In this document: in pieces, positions 12,872 to 25,916 of the stretch
Numbering within the stretch: the first letter of the stretch is position 1
How the letters are laid out: each line of letters starts with the position of its first letter
Source of the DNA: Antedon mediterranea
Taxonomy: Eukaryota; Animalia; Echinodermata
Assembly (NCBI RefSeq): GCF_964355755.1
Contig: NC_092670.1
Location: 40,660,388-40,724,387 of the forward strand
Direction of reading: 5' to 3'
DNA: 64,000 nt
Position numbers and translations under genes: made by a program
Notes under the pieces: model-generated
What the model was told of the DNA's origin: nothing
Database searches by the model: none
Seen by the model: only the letters and a program-made list of their open reading frames with translations

Positions 12872-13309
12872 TAATGTGCAAGAAATGTGTTAATGCATAC
12901 AAACAGCAAATCAATAGTTAAAACAGTATTTGAATTAAATTATACAATTTGATTGTAAATTGAAATGTACCACGTGCAATTTTATTTTTAGCAGTTTTTT
13001 TATATTAAAATATTAAAAAAAATTAGGCAGCTTTTGGTTAAACCAGTTAGTTTATTATTGGCTGTTGATCTCATGAATATTCATTAGTTTATTAAAATTG
13101 GAACATTATTGATGATTGATAGAGAAGTCTATTAGACAGCCTTAAGTTCAACCAGTTAATACAAAAAAGTAACTTATTACTAACCTTCTTTGTATCAGTG
13201 GTGGAGGAGGGCCTAAAAACTAAGTGCTGAACTTACCAAATGAAATATCTTTCGCCTTTTTTTCCCAAATTTAGAAGGGAATTTATTTATTTTTTATGCA
13301 TATGGCCAA

Positions 13310-13600
13310 GGATTACCAATAGTAAATAATCAGATAGGTTGTAATCCCTCTGAAACAGGGGCAATTTTGTGAGCCAGTTCACCGGGGTAACCCCTTACTT
13401 ACCACAAAAGATGAACTGGGTTCTTTAAAGTGCACACAGGTTATAATTATACCTGTGTACATTAGACCTACGGTTTAAAGTTCTTATATGAGAAGACTTG
13501 TTCCACGACCAAAATTAGGAGCGAATCGACTTCGAACCCATGCCAATATTGTTGGCTCTTTAGTTAAGGTACCCAATGCCCCTGCCTTAATCGCAGCCAT
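13310..13600 (-). mobile_element. tRNA-derived SINE with Deu/Nin-domain core
   Basis: Minus strand shows B-box GGTTCGAA, then GTCTTCTCATATAAGAACTTTAAACCGTAGGTC...GCACTTTAAAGAACCC...AGGGGTTACCCCGG, resembling the Deu-SINE core. Confidence 0.7.
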
Positions 13601-16082
13601 TTGATCCTCCTATGGTAATCAAATTTTGTCTGACAGCCACAGGCTGTATTGGAATCATATTTATAGTGTCTTAACATTTTACATGGAGTATGATAATTTG
13701 TTGATTAATATTAAGAAGAATAATTAAGAATTTAACCCACCTAATTTAATATATTTAGGTAATAATAATATTTGATAGAATTTATTTGATTCGATGTAAT
13801 AAACTTGGATACGGGTAAACAAGAAGGCGGGTTAATGAAATCAAATTTAAAGTGATTCGGGTAAACAAAATTAGGGATCATCTCAACAATTTCTACTGCA
13901 GTAACTACCTTTTCTACTGCAGTAACTACCTTTTCTAAGGCAGTGTTTTTTCACGGCAATAATTATGATTTCAGTTTGTTTCAAAGCGACAAACTTCGCA
14001 ATAAAATGTAAAAGTGTATGTTTACCCACAAAACAAGCTTTCTGAATAAAGAAGTTAAAAAATAAATATAGTAACTGCAGAAGAATAGTTTTGACATTAT
14101 GCCATAATGATGGCAAAAGTACAAATGGGTGTGATAATGAAATAGTCTATGTATAATTTGTTTTTTGTCATCTTTATTACGGTAAAAATACTGTACAACA
14201 TTTTAGAAAATTGGTGTATAAAAATAAGTTAGGTTTCATAAAATAAATATTAATAAGTATTGGAATTTTTTTAACACATTAGAAATGTGTAACTAATTAA
14301 ATTAGTTTAACTTATGACAATCAAATTTGCAAAATAATTTTAATTTTGGCTTTATTTATGTATGATCTATAAATAGATTTCTTGTTTCCTAGCAACATTT
14401 TTTGATGCAATTATTTAAAGAAAACAAATATAGTAATTTTTGTGTGGTGCTTTTAAATATTTATACATTAGACAATATATTTGTAATTGAAACTGCTTTT
14501 AAACTTGTTTTTGTCTTTTCAAAATAAATTAAAACATGTGATATGTAACATACGTACAGGCTGAAAACAATACCAATGTTGCCTGATACATATTTGAGTA
14601 AGTACTTTACTAAATAAATAGAATAGAAATATATCTAGGCAACTCTCCCAATACTTGATAACCTGGTTTTCTGGAAAGTCTGGTATTCCAAATGTGTTCC
14701 TAATAAGGTTTCCTGCAAATAGTGTAAGCAGTGCATGATGGGAAGGAATTTGAAGCAATAGCGCTACCCCAGTATATAACATTTTTATTATATGGTGCTC
14801 CCAAACCCTTCTCATCATGCATTGTGCAATGATGTTTCTCACAAAATTCAAGCTATTTGCGATAAAAATGGATTTGGCACCTTTTGAACATTTGAAAAGT
14901 CTGGTTTTGGGAGAGTTGACTGTATATACTCGTTTAGTAATATCAGCACAGACAAATTAATATTAAGAATGTCGATTTTTCCCAATTAAACCAGCTGCAT
15001 CACAGACACCCTCCTACATCAAATTTAATAATTGTAGTTTGTCCCACCAGTTGTTTTTTTATACTTTGTTACAGTTGTTGTGTTAGAAGTTTGGTCATGT
15101 GACCATTTGTAAAATAGACCCATTTTCTCATTGACTCATGCACAGTATTTTTATAGTTATCAAATATTACAATGTAGTATTCAGAATAATGCAAAATAAA
15201 ATTACAAAATTCTAATGAATTCAGTAGTTTGTTTACATCTCAAGTTGTATCAGTAGTTTATTATTATATCTCAAGTTGTATTGGTTTGGAATCATGAATA
15301 CACATCGCTTTGACTTAATATTTTAGTAAAAAGATATAATATTTTGGCACATATGGCATTTCATACGTGTACTACTTGAGCTCTAGTTTTCAAACAAAAA
15401 TTGAAATGCGGACTGTTGGACTAACATAGAAAAGACAATAACCACAGACTTGGGCCAAGTCCAACGCATCGCAAGCTCAAGTAGATTTGTTTTAAGTTTG
15501 TCTACATATCACAACCTTTGGTAAACCAAAATAAAAACATTTTGAGTTTTAGTATCTAACTTGTATGCAACACTTTAGTACTGTGAAATGCCTGTTTTCT
15601 GTTTGGTGTAAATTGCCAAATAAGAAACTGTATATAAAGTTGTGAATCACATTTAGTTGTTTTGTATAATTTTAAATAGATAAACATCTTTATTACTTTA
15701 TAACACCAGCCTTACGTTAGAACAGAAATCTCAAACATTTTTACAAAAACCCTTTCAACATGCAATATACCACCCAATCGTGAGGTTGGATCTAAATAAT
15801 GCATGACACATGCTATGTACTCAAATGGCAAGGATACACTCAGGTGTATTATAAAAGATATAACACACCTGATTGTATTCTTGTAATTTGATTGGTGCCA
15901 GGACTGTTTAAAGCACCTTGATTGGTCCTAACATTGATCAAGGGCTTCTCTCGTCCAGTGCCCACCTTGACCAGAGGTCTGAGTGGATATTTCATTCGAA
16001 AAAAAATTGACTGCTTTATTCAACTGTGTCTCATTAAATAGAGCAATCAATGTTTCAACTCATGAAGTATTCTCACCGTCCA

Positions 16083-16195
16083 ACTCATAAACATTCATTA
16101 TTTGTACCATTGCACTCATAAACATTCATTATTTGTACCATTGCACTCATAAACTTTCATTATTTGTACCATTGCACTCATAAATATTCATTATT
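16083..16195. repeat. 31-bp tandem repeat (~3.5 copies) in the RDM1 3' UTR
   Basis: CACTCATAAACATTCATTATTTGTACCATTG units. Confidence 0.9.
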
Positions 16196-16209
16196 TTTAT
16201 ATATTATTC

Positions 16210-18182
16210 TCAATAATCGAGTTCAAGGTCTATCAAAAGCTGCTCATTAATATCTTGTAACAATGTTGTATTTTCCCAGTTAATGTCATCTTCTGGTGAT
16301 AGCGGTTCTTCTTCAACATCAACCTTGTTTATCTAAAAATATAACATTCATGTGAAAGTTCTAGACGGGTATAGGCGTAAAGCTACATTGAAACTGATCC
16401 TGGATTCAGTCTGGTGGCAAGAGTAACCACCGGGCTGTAAGGTTCTATTCTTACACAATACACACATTTCTCAACATTGTTTATCTGACAACCAGACCGA
16501 AATCCGGGCTCAATGTAAACATAGCTTAAGAGCAACACAAAGGGATATAGAGAAACCAGTATAGATAACAGTGGCAGATCCTGGGCCTAAAAAGGGTAAA
16601 ATGCAGTGCTGAGCTAGGCCCCATCTCAAATCCACCCCTGTATAAATAACTGCAGTATAAAATGTATAGGTACATTCAATGCAAAATATCTATTTTAGTT
16701 GTTTACATCAAAAAAATAAGTAGAGAAATAAAACGCACCTTGATAATACCCTGTAAATTGTGACTGGTGATAGAGGACGCTGCTTCATCTACGTATGGTG
16801 CGACCTTTCCCGTACTTAGCACAACAAGCTTGACCTTTGAGAACGCGTTCCCATATGCACGGTTACACGCCATCTTCTTGGCTCTCTTAACTGCTATTAT
16901 TTTAGTTTCTATTTCTAAAAACAAAATGTTATTTTATAAAAAACAGTAATATTGATCAAAATGTCAAAAACATTTTTGGTGGTGTACCGCAAACTTGATA
17001 TCAAACATACTGCTGACTACCAACCTGATGGATTAAATGATATCAAACATACTGCTGTCAAACTACCAACCTGATGGATTAAATGCTACCTGTCCCAGTC
17101 CAATGCCGTCACTACTGATGTCGTCATGGAAACGGAATGATATTTTTGCATTGCATACAAAACTTGCAACATCTTTCTCATCAGCTTCTGTATATTTTGA
17201 AAGCTAAAAAAACAAAAATTTTCAATATTTAGAGGGTGGAGGGGTAGGCAGTGTGGTCCACCTATGATATAATACAGTGAAAAGACTACAGTATTTAAGC
17301 ATTTACTAAACAAGATACTTACTGACACAATGCTTGCATTATATCCATTGAAGCCCAGATAGTAGTTAGCCAGCTCATAACACTTCTCCACAAATAACTG
17401 TTTATTTGCTTCATCAATAGCTTTCCCCTTTTTAGGATGTTGGACCTAGATGTAATAAACCCCTATTATTATCTATGTAATTTTCTAGGTAGGAGGGATG
17501 TTTGTAATAGTACTGTAATGTATCCAATAGCAAGAGTAAATTAATGTGATTTAAAGCAAGAACACAGTGTTTGCCACGAGGAGAATACCGTCTATGATTT
17601 TAGACTAAGAGTTTTAAATAGTGAAAATGATCTTGTTAGGTGTACTACGATTGTTACGGTCTTCAAATCTCTTTGTTTTCATGTAATCTGAGTGTTGACT
17701 TACTTTCAGCAACTGTCCATCTATCATGTACTTAAGATGAACGGCTGCCTTAGCCTTAGCTGCTGCTTTACTTGAGTAGAACTTAACAAAGGCATAATAT
17801 GAATCAATGGCTTCATTTATTTTATTGTAAACTAGAACATCGTAGATGAGACCATATACTTCAAATATGTCTTTTAACCGCATCTGTAAAAAAATGAAAA
17901 ATTATCATCATCACTTTTTGTTTTGTTTGTAAAGTAACTTACTTGATCATGCTTGTCAGTGTGATATCGGAGTGTTTCTTAATAATAATAATGTTTTGTC
18001 AATTTTTGGGTTAAAAAAATTATATTTTAATAATGTAGTGTTTGAAATATATAAAGTAAAAGACATCATCTTACAGAGCATTCCTGTTGCGTCAACTTGC
18101 TACTGATTCCAGTTATAAACAACGTGTTTGATGTTCCTAGTGGTTTTTTGAATTCAATCAATTCAGCTTCACATTCCACCAT
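16210..18182 (-). CDS. RDM1: RAD52 motif-containing protein 1 (RRM + RD motif)
   Basis: Six phase-consistent exons: 18075-18182, 17704-17883, 17323-17445, 17071-17203, 16739-16914, 16210-16332. RRM motif YAFVKFYSSKAA, RD motif KCYELANYYLGFNGY, and C-terminal AFSKVKLVVLSTGKV. Confidence 0.9.
16381..16527. mobile_element. Intronic MITE
   Basis: Imperfect inverted ends AGCTACATTGA..GGATTCAGTCTGG / CCAGACCGAAATCC..TCAATGTAAACATAGCT. Confidence 0.55.
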
Positions 18183-18379
18183 TCTCAGTTTAAACTGTAC
18201 TTTTTGAAGAATAAATGAACAGAGAATCCAGTAAATGAATCAGAATGATAAAATGAAGAAATATTCGGCTTTTATTGTCTATGATATCACTTCCCTCTTT
18301 TGTTAGCTACAAACATCTCCTGCGTACAAAGTAAGATTTAAGAAAGCAACAATGCATCATTTAATTATATGTTAAGGGT

Positions 18380-18752
18380 GCTAGGCCTACTAGACTGGCT
18401 AGTCGTTAGGCCTAGCACCTAGCATACATAATTGTGCACCCGGAAGGGGGATCCTACTAGGACTACTCTAGTGGGCCCCTCTAGTCTATAGGCCTACCTA
18501 GATAGATAGGCCTGGCTAGGCTATGCCTACTAACTAAAATAACTAACTAGGCTAGGCCTACTAGCTAGGCTAGGCCTACTACTACTCTACTACTAGCCTA
18601 CTACTAGCTCCTAGCTTGGGCCTAAACTAATATATATACTTCTATATAATAGGCCTAGCCTACAGCTAGGTAATCTACCGGATATCCCGTCTTTTAGTTG
18701 AGCGTTATGTTTAAAAAATCCCATAAAAAGTTAAGCCTTGGCCTAGGCCTCC
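18380..18752. repeat. TAGGCCTA/CTAG palindromic low-complexity tract upstream of RDM1
   Basis: Dense TAGGCCTA, CTAG and CTA repeats read directly. Confidence 0.85.
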
Positions 18753-19089
18753 TGTAAAATAAGTCTTCCTGGAGAAAATTTTAACCGAACCGCCACACAA
18801 AACAGGACATCATGTAGTAGTAGAGGGCCAACCACAAAGGGGAAAGCAATTCGCGTCAACTATAATATGTGACGCGTCACTGAATTACAGCGTCACAAAT
18901 ATTATTTCAATGGATTTCTAGCTTTTCTGTTATTTCACTAAAATTAAATTCACGTAAATAAATAATTACAAAGTTGCTAAACATGTTTTATTTCACAAAA
19001 ATAAATAAAAAAACATGTTATGTTAATAATCTTTACATTACACCAGCAATATTTTGAGAATTTCCATAAGTCTCTTTTCTTACTAAGTT

Positions 19090-19600
19090 AACGTTTTCCG
19101 TCTTCCGACATTACGCTTTCCACAATTTGTTTCCATTTTTTTCTGTTTATGGCAGGATGGTTTGTTATTGTGTTAGTGTCTACTTGTCCTGGTTTGTTAT
19201 TGTGTTAGTGTCTACTTGTCCTTGTAGGCTAAGTCTTTCTTTATTTGATTCATCCAGTTATTTCTTGGTCTTCCTACGGGTCGTTTTACTTTCCTGTTAG
19301 TTTCCTTCATTGTTTGTTTGATTGGGGTATCATCCGGTAATCTAATTATGTGTCCATACCATTTTAGTCTCCTTCGTTTAATTCTTTTACTCCATTCTTC
19401 TTGTTTTGTTATCTCGTATATTTTCGTGTTACACTAGCACTCTATCTGTTAATTTAATATCTATCTTCTTTCGCAACATTTTCCTGTGATATATATCTAT
19501 ACTCTCTTGTAATTTTTTGTTTAGTAGGCCTACCCAGAGTTCACTGTTATATAAGAAAATACTTGCTATGTATGCGTCAAACAAACGGGAGTTCACGTCT
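19090..19600 (-). mobile_element. RTE-clade LINE relic (RT C-terminus)
   Basis: Minus strand translates EEWSKRIKRRRLKWYGHIIRLPDDTP...KRPVGRPRNNW, a typical RTE C-terminal motif; degraded. Confidence 0.75.
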
Positions 19601-19639
19601 ATAGACATCGTTTTGTGTTCTAGAAAGTGTAATGAATCT

Positions 19640-21400
19640 AAATGTGTGTGGTCATTATATCAAAATCCAAATAAATTACGAAAAAAGCAACATGGTGAAT
19701 ATTGGATGTATCCAAAATTCGAAATTTAAAACTTCAAAGAAAAAAAATGTGTGGACACCAGGCTCAGTAAAATATTTCATGTAATTTAAACGATATTTTC
19801 AAATTATATTTTCAAGAAAAGGTAGAGAAAGGCTGAACAAATACTGAATATGTGGAAACAGCGTTCACTCACTTTGTTTGGAAAAGCAACGATTATTTAA
19901 AATCATTGTTTCTTCCTATTTTTACGTATCTTTTTTCGAATTTACTGTGCACCTGACTCCCTTTTTTCAGGATATTCAAAGGAAAATATTTATATGGAAT
20001 GGTAAACCCGATAAAGTCAAACGAAAAGTTGTGTGTAATTTTGTTTAACAAAGGAGGTTTTAAAATTCCTCATATTCAAAGCTATTGTCTTAAGGTATGT
20101 TCGATTAAAAGATACCTTGACGAGAGTCAATCAAAGTGGAAGATATTGTTTTAGGATAAGATTAAGAAAGTAGATGGAAACATAGTTTTTGAAACATAGT
20201 TTTTGAAACCAACTTCTCAAAACATTCAAAGATTTTGAAACAATTTGGTGGGTTTTATAAAGATATTTTACCCGCTTGGAGAAACTTTGTAGAACCTAGT
20301 ACAACAGTCAATGACATTCTGTCATTATGGTACAACTCGTGTTTTGACAAACGAGAATTTAAAATTGAAAAAAAAGCTAGTCCATTAATAACGTAAATTA
20401 TAATATGAAATATCGTTAATAAAGAAGGAAAAATATCAGAAATAGACGATTTTAAGCAAATGTCTAATTGTAAAAACTAATTTTTATAGTTCACTATGTC
20501 GGTCGATCGGTCTGTCGGTCTGTCGGTCCGGTATCACTATGCGTTTTATCGCTTTTCTGTACTTTTTGAACTGTTTTGATGTACAGAAAAGTTTTAAAGT
20601 ACATTTTTTTCTGAGAGCACGCGACTTATGGCTGTTGGCCTTGTTTTTATTATATCACCAAATTGTTAGTTCAATAGAAATTGGTGGAACAAAATTTTGA
20701 AAAATGTTTTTGAATCTAACATACAGAAATTTGTTTCGGTTAAAAAACAAGGAATTGTCATTATATTTATGAATATATATAAAATCATGTAAAAGAACCA
20801 ATTGGAAATGAATCAAAATGAGAATTGGAATTTAATAAGAGATTAGACTGGAAAAAAATTAATTAAGTTAAAACATTTTAAATTTCAGTTTATTCATTGG
20901 ATAATTTCTACAAATACAATGTTGTTTAAAATGTCCAGCAATGAAATTCAGGAAACAATGTTACATATTATGTTTATAGAATGTGATAAGGTAAGAAATT
21001 ATGGGAAAAGGGATATATTTATATAAAAATACATCGAAATATCAATGATAATTAAAATATTTCTAAAGAAAGTATATGCTTTGGGTTTGATAAGTCACAT
21101 GAAGAAGCAACCCGCTTCATTATAATTGTAAAGTGGTACATTTTTCGTTGTAAAATTAAGGAACAATCTCTGAATTTTTAATAATTTACTTTACACACCA
21201 AAAATACAAAAGATTATACTATTTGAGAACTGACGATATTTTCCTTTATGAGTATGTAGTTTAGAAGCCAATTTTGCAATGTTATTTATCAACAATCATC
21301 ACTATAATTTATGCGATTGTTTATGGTTTTTCTTGTTTATTCTCAAATTGCTTTTTTTCTGTTATCTTGTATTTTTGTATAGGCTATATTTGTGTTTTTT
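19640..21400 (+). mobile_element. Old, frameshifted L1/Tx1-type LINE 3' relic
   Basis: Fragments NMWKQRSLTLFGKATII, FIWNGKPDKVKR and KGGFKIP parallel the intact LINE ORF2 at 43830-47180; many stops. Confidence 0.75.
20480..20645 (+). mobile_element. Helentron/DINE-like short non-autonomous element nested in the LINE relic
   Basis: Starts in a T-run, carries a (CGGT/CTGT) microsatellite and ends GCACGCGACTT...GGCCTTGTT. Confidence 0.5.
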
Positions 21401-21551
21401 GAAAAAAGTATTTTTTTAAGCAGTTGATTGCGTATTAGTACACCATTACCTTATTTACAGGTAATAAAAACTGTTAGCAGAAAAACATTTTTACTCATAA
21501 CCTAAAAATCCCTAAGAGGTAATAAATTCAAAATCCATGCAGTACAATCTA

Positions 21552-23957
21552 TCATTCACGAGGAATGGCACAAATTTTAAATGGTTTTGGACTCATTGTT
21601 AACCCTACAAGGGGATCAAGGTCCGGTAGAGGTTCACCTTCTGGAATTATTAATTTAAATCGTTGAAAGAAATTGGTCATGAATAGGAAAATCTCCATCT
21701 TGGCCATACTCTCACCCAAACAAGCTCTTCTTCCTGTAACACAATAATTGATTAATTAATTATTTCTTCTTTTGTTTTCATTTTATTATCTATATGCAAT
21801 GCATTGCTTTGTTTGTTTGGATAAAAAAATAAATCTCAACGAAATACTGAATAAGAAAATGAAAATTCTAATTCATTCAGTAAATTAAAAAATGTTTTGT
21901 TTTTCATTTTACAAAAATCAAATTTGTTTACTTACCAATACCAAAAGGCATGAACATTTTCGGTTTGTTAACTTTTTGTCCATCTTCTATTAAGAATCTT
22001 GAAGGGTCAAATGTCATAGGATCATCCCAATACTTTGGATCAGTGTGGATCCTATAGAGATTAAGATTGATGATTGTTCCTTTTGGAAGCTTGTAACCTT
22101 TTACAAGACACTCTTGCGCGTTTCCATGCGGCAGAGTCGCACCTGCTATGTTGCCCAATCGCTGCACTTCACATGTGGTAGCTTCAAAATATGAGAGGCT
22201 GGTTTGATCGGCCATTGTTGGTTTTCTACCATCTAGAACATCATCAATTTCTTTTCGAACCTAACAAGGAATAAGTAAGAATATAAGTTGTTCCGCCACT
22301 AGAGAGTGTACCATCTTATTTGGCATATTTGATTTGGGGACTTTTTTGTTAAGTATTTGTTTCCCTTTTTAGTACCTTTCCTGTGGAGTAATTTACAGAG
22401 TTTCCAAGTGCTAAAGCTTGGTTCCAACGCACGGACGCAACGCAAGGAAAAGTATGGACAAATGTGATAGTTAGACTATGCCACTACAGTATTTCTTAAG
22501 CATACTTTATCTTGGACTTCTTGATAAGTTGCCATGTAAATGAAAAACCACATCAAAGTGCTGGATGTTGTTTCAGCCCCTGCAATAAATATCGTCAAAA
22601 GGGACGTCCACATGACGTCTGCATTAAAGAATTTCTTCTCCTCTTTATCACACATTTCACCTTCTGCGAGGAGTCTATCAGTAATATCTCTGATGTTTTC
22701 AGGGTCAAAGGTCTCTTTATGTTTCTTAACTTGATTCCTTACAAACTCTGTAAGGTATATCGCTGGAAGTGCCTTGTGTTTGAACATTGGTAGAGACATT
22801 ATAGACGGTATATGCGTTTCTATATTTTTTAAACTGCACTGCTTAAAGAACTTCAACAAATTTTGTAAGAGTTCCTGGAACTCTGGATCTGAGTATTCAT
22901 AGCGGTCACCAAATGCTATATTGCAGATAATATTGGCGACGGCACAGTTCACAATATGCTGAGGGTTGAAGGGGTCAGAGCGGTAATTGCCAGTCTCTTG
23001 GCAGAAAATGTCAATTTCTGTTTTTATCTTCACTTCTAGACTTCTTTTTCCCATTCCAAAATAACGCAAGGCGGTTATCATCCATCTTCTCCTGGCCTTC
23101 CAGGCTGGACCATTTTCCCATACGACACTTCCTAAAAGGATATAATACCATATTAATCTCAAGAATTGCCGCTACTGCTGTTTCGCACGACACCGTTAAA
23201 TTATTAATTTCTCATCTAACTTTTAATTAATTTAATAAAATATTATTTAATGTCACCATATGTATCATCTAAAGCAATGTTCTCTTCCCCTGCCGCCATG
23301 AAAAGCCTCTTTCACCAATTGCGTAAACCAGTACTGTGTCATTTACAACAAGTGGGAGCTTCTTGCTCTGGACTCTGGATGCTTTATTGATATCAGGTCA
23401 GAGACCCTGCTTCTTGCTCTAGTGGCCATAGACACTGTCTGGACTCTGGATGCTTTTTCTTTCAGGGTTATCTTTACGATAGATTTGACAAACAAATTTA
23501 AAACATTATAGCGTCGCCTTTTTTATTTGACATCCAATAAGAAGCATTCTATTTGTGGGAAGGGGAAGAGAGTTTAAATTGTCAACACTGAATCCATAAA
23601 ATACTCACCTTCTGTAGCCATATTGTACGTCATAAAGGGAACAAAGTTCCGTTCTGAAAACAATTCTGGTTGTTTCTGGAACATATCTATGGCAAGCTGT
23701 CCATCATTTATCCAAATTGAAACTCGAAAAGGTCCCTGATATAGAGTCATTATATCGCCGAACTTCTCAGCCCATTCACACATCCTGTTGATCGGTCTCT
23801 TTCCGTAGGAAAGCATATTTCCCACGATCGGCAGCGGAGTAGGTCCGAGTGGAAGTGAATTTATCGAGCGTTGACGAAGATACAACGTTGAAAATATGAT
23901 AACAAACACAATATACGTGCTGTAATTGGTAATCAAATCTGATAACAACAAACTCAT
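21552..23957 (-). CDS. Cytochrome P450, CYP2 clan (copy A)
   Basis: Exons 23609-23957, 22506-23131, 21936-22260, 21552-21733. Motifs PLGPTPLPIVGN, WxxxR, AGAETT (I-helix), ExxR, PSRF and FGIGRRACLGE (heme Cys). Confidence 0.93.
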
Positions 23958-24426
23958 TTTTATAAAAAGAATATTTAAACAACAGGTTAAATACAACATG
24001 AATTAGGCTTTGAACAACACACAACCAGCTACTTTCTGTACCTGCGATCACGAGTCCGTGTGTTTGTGGTTTATGCCTGGCTCCGGGGTTCAAGCAGCAA
24101 AGATAGTGTATCAATTACAATACACTAAAAAAAAACACTTAAAGAAGATAGCGATGGCATGATACCGTATTATTTATTTGTTTGTTAAACATTTTGGCAA
24201 ATAACGCAAAAGGAAACCATGGGCCTATGGGTAGTGGGTACCTTATCCAAACTTCTGAGCGGCAATTACTTAGGTTATTCATCCACTTTTTTACATAGTA
24301 CAAACAATCAAGGTAGGCGGCTATACTTTCAGTCCCTGTGTGAATGAATTTTAGTAAAAACTGTTTAGGCGCGCAACAACGCAAGTGAGTTAAGTTGATC
24401 AATCAATGGACACGATCGTTGTTGTC

Positions 24427-25391
24427 GCCCGGGCCGCGATTTTTTTTTTCGTACATAAGTTGGGGACCCCTTCATGAAACGTCACAAAATAAACATGAAT
24501 AATTCATCAGTTAAATTTGTTGTTCCGTGTGCACCCAAGCGTATAGCAACAAGAAGTGATTACACAACTGCGATACGATACTTTCTACAGTAGGCCTAGG
24601 ATTATAAGTAAATTCACGTGATTGCCTTCGCGCACTCTTCTTCACACAAAATGTGTCGAGTCGAGGCTAATCAACAGCTAGGCAAGTACGGCAAGACATT
24701 AAACTAAGAAGTAATTCATTGGACATAGCCCAAAGAAAGCTTAGACCCACAAGAATAAAGAATGTGTATAATTTGTGTACTGTATTTTTTTAATTCTGCT
24801 ATTTTATTATCAAACAATATGCATGTACTCAAAGGAACTTTAAAAATGCGCGTATATGAACACATGAGATGGGAAGATTTGACCCACGAGAATAAAAATG
24901 TATTTTTGTGTAATGTTTATTGTTTAATTTTGCTGACTTATTACTCGGATTGTGTCATACCAAAGATAGTTACACTATAGTGTAACTATCTTTGGTCATA
25001 CCTAACACACACACGTCACACACACCCACACAGCTACTACTACTAGAATAGACATGGGTTTAGAGAAATTAGGCCTAATAGTATTAATAGAAACTATAGT
25101 TTTAACACGTAATTCTTTAGTAAAAAATTATATTAAAAACACCATAAACTAAAGGCTGATTATTTCGACAATCCACACAAAACGCCGCTATTCTTCTATG
25201 AAATCGCACGCCGCAACAAGAGCGGAGATAGGCCTAGAATCGTACCGCACTTGTGTAATCACTTCTTGTTGCTATACGCTTGGGTGCACACGGAACAAGA
25301 AAATTTAACTGATGAATTATTCATGTTTATTTTGTGACGTTTCATGAGGGGGTCCCCAACTTATGTACGAAAAAAAAAATCGCGCCCGGGC
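24427..25391. mobile_element. Non-autonomous DNA transposon with ~165-bp TIRs
   Basis: 24427-~24580 is a near-perfect reverse complement of ~25240-25391. Confidence 0.85.
24961..24994. mobile_element. 34-bp perfect palindrome with 7-bp TSD (TIR-only mini-element)
   Basis: CAAAGATAGTTACACTATAGTGTAACTATCTTTG flanked by GTCATAC on both sides. Confidence 0.75.
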
Positions 25392-25916
25392 CTCCTACAA
25401 CTAACGACTAGAGTGGCGACGCGCGGAAGTGAGTTGACCAATCACAATAGACAGTTCCGAAGATCTGCGACGTCATTGGTTATAAATTTCGATGCGCTCC
25501 TTTTTACGTCACGTCCTTGCGTTGCATCAAAGTTGACCTAACTACATAAAAACACTCCATATTACAATTGACAAATTAAGATAAAAAATGTTTTTTAAAC
25601 TCAAATAAATTAAAAGAATTAATATTGCTATATTCTTTCAAAATTGCAAAAATTAAATTACTAATTTTAATCTTATAAATCATTTTATTTTCGGATCGAT
25701 TAATTTACAGTGGGACACATCATGACCCAACACAAATTGTCCACTAACCAAAAACCGAAATTATCCCCTTAATAGGGGGTTTCGCGGGAGAAAACAAAAT
25801 CAAATATACCAAATGAACAATAATTGATATGGAATCAGCCAAAGTTTTTTACCAATGTAAATTTTAAAGCAAGAAAAAATAAAATAATATAATGTATAAT
25901 GATTTATCCATTTTTA

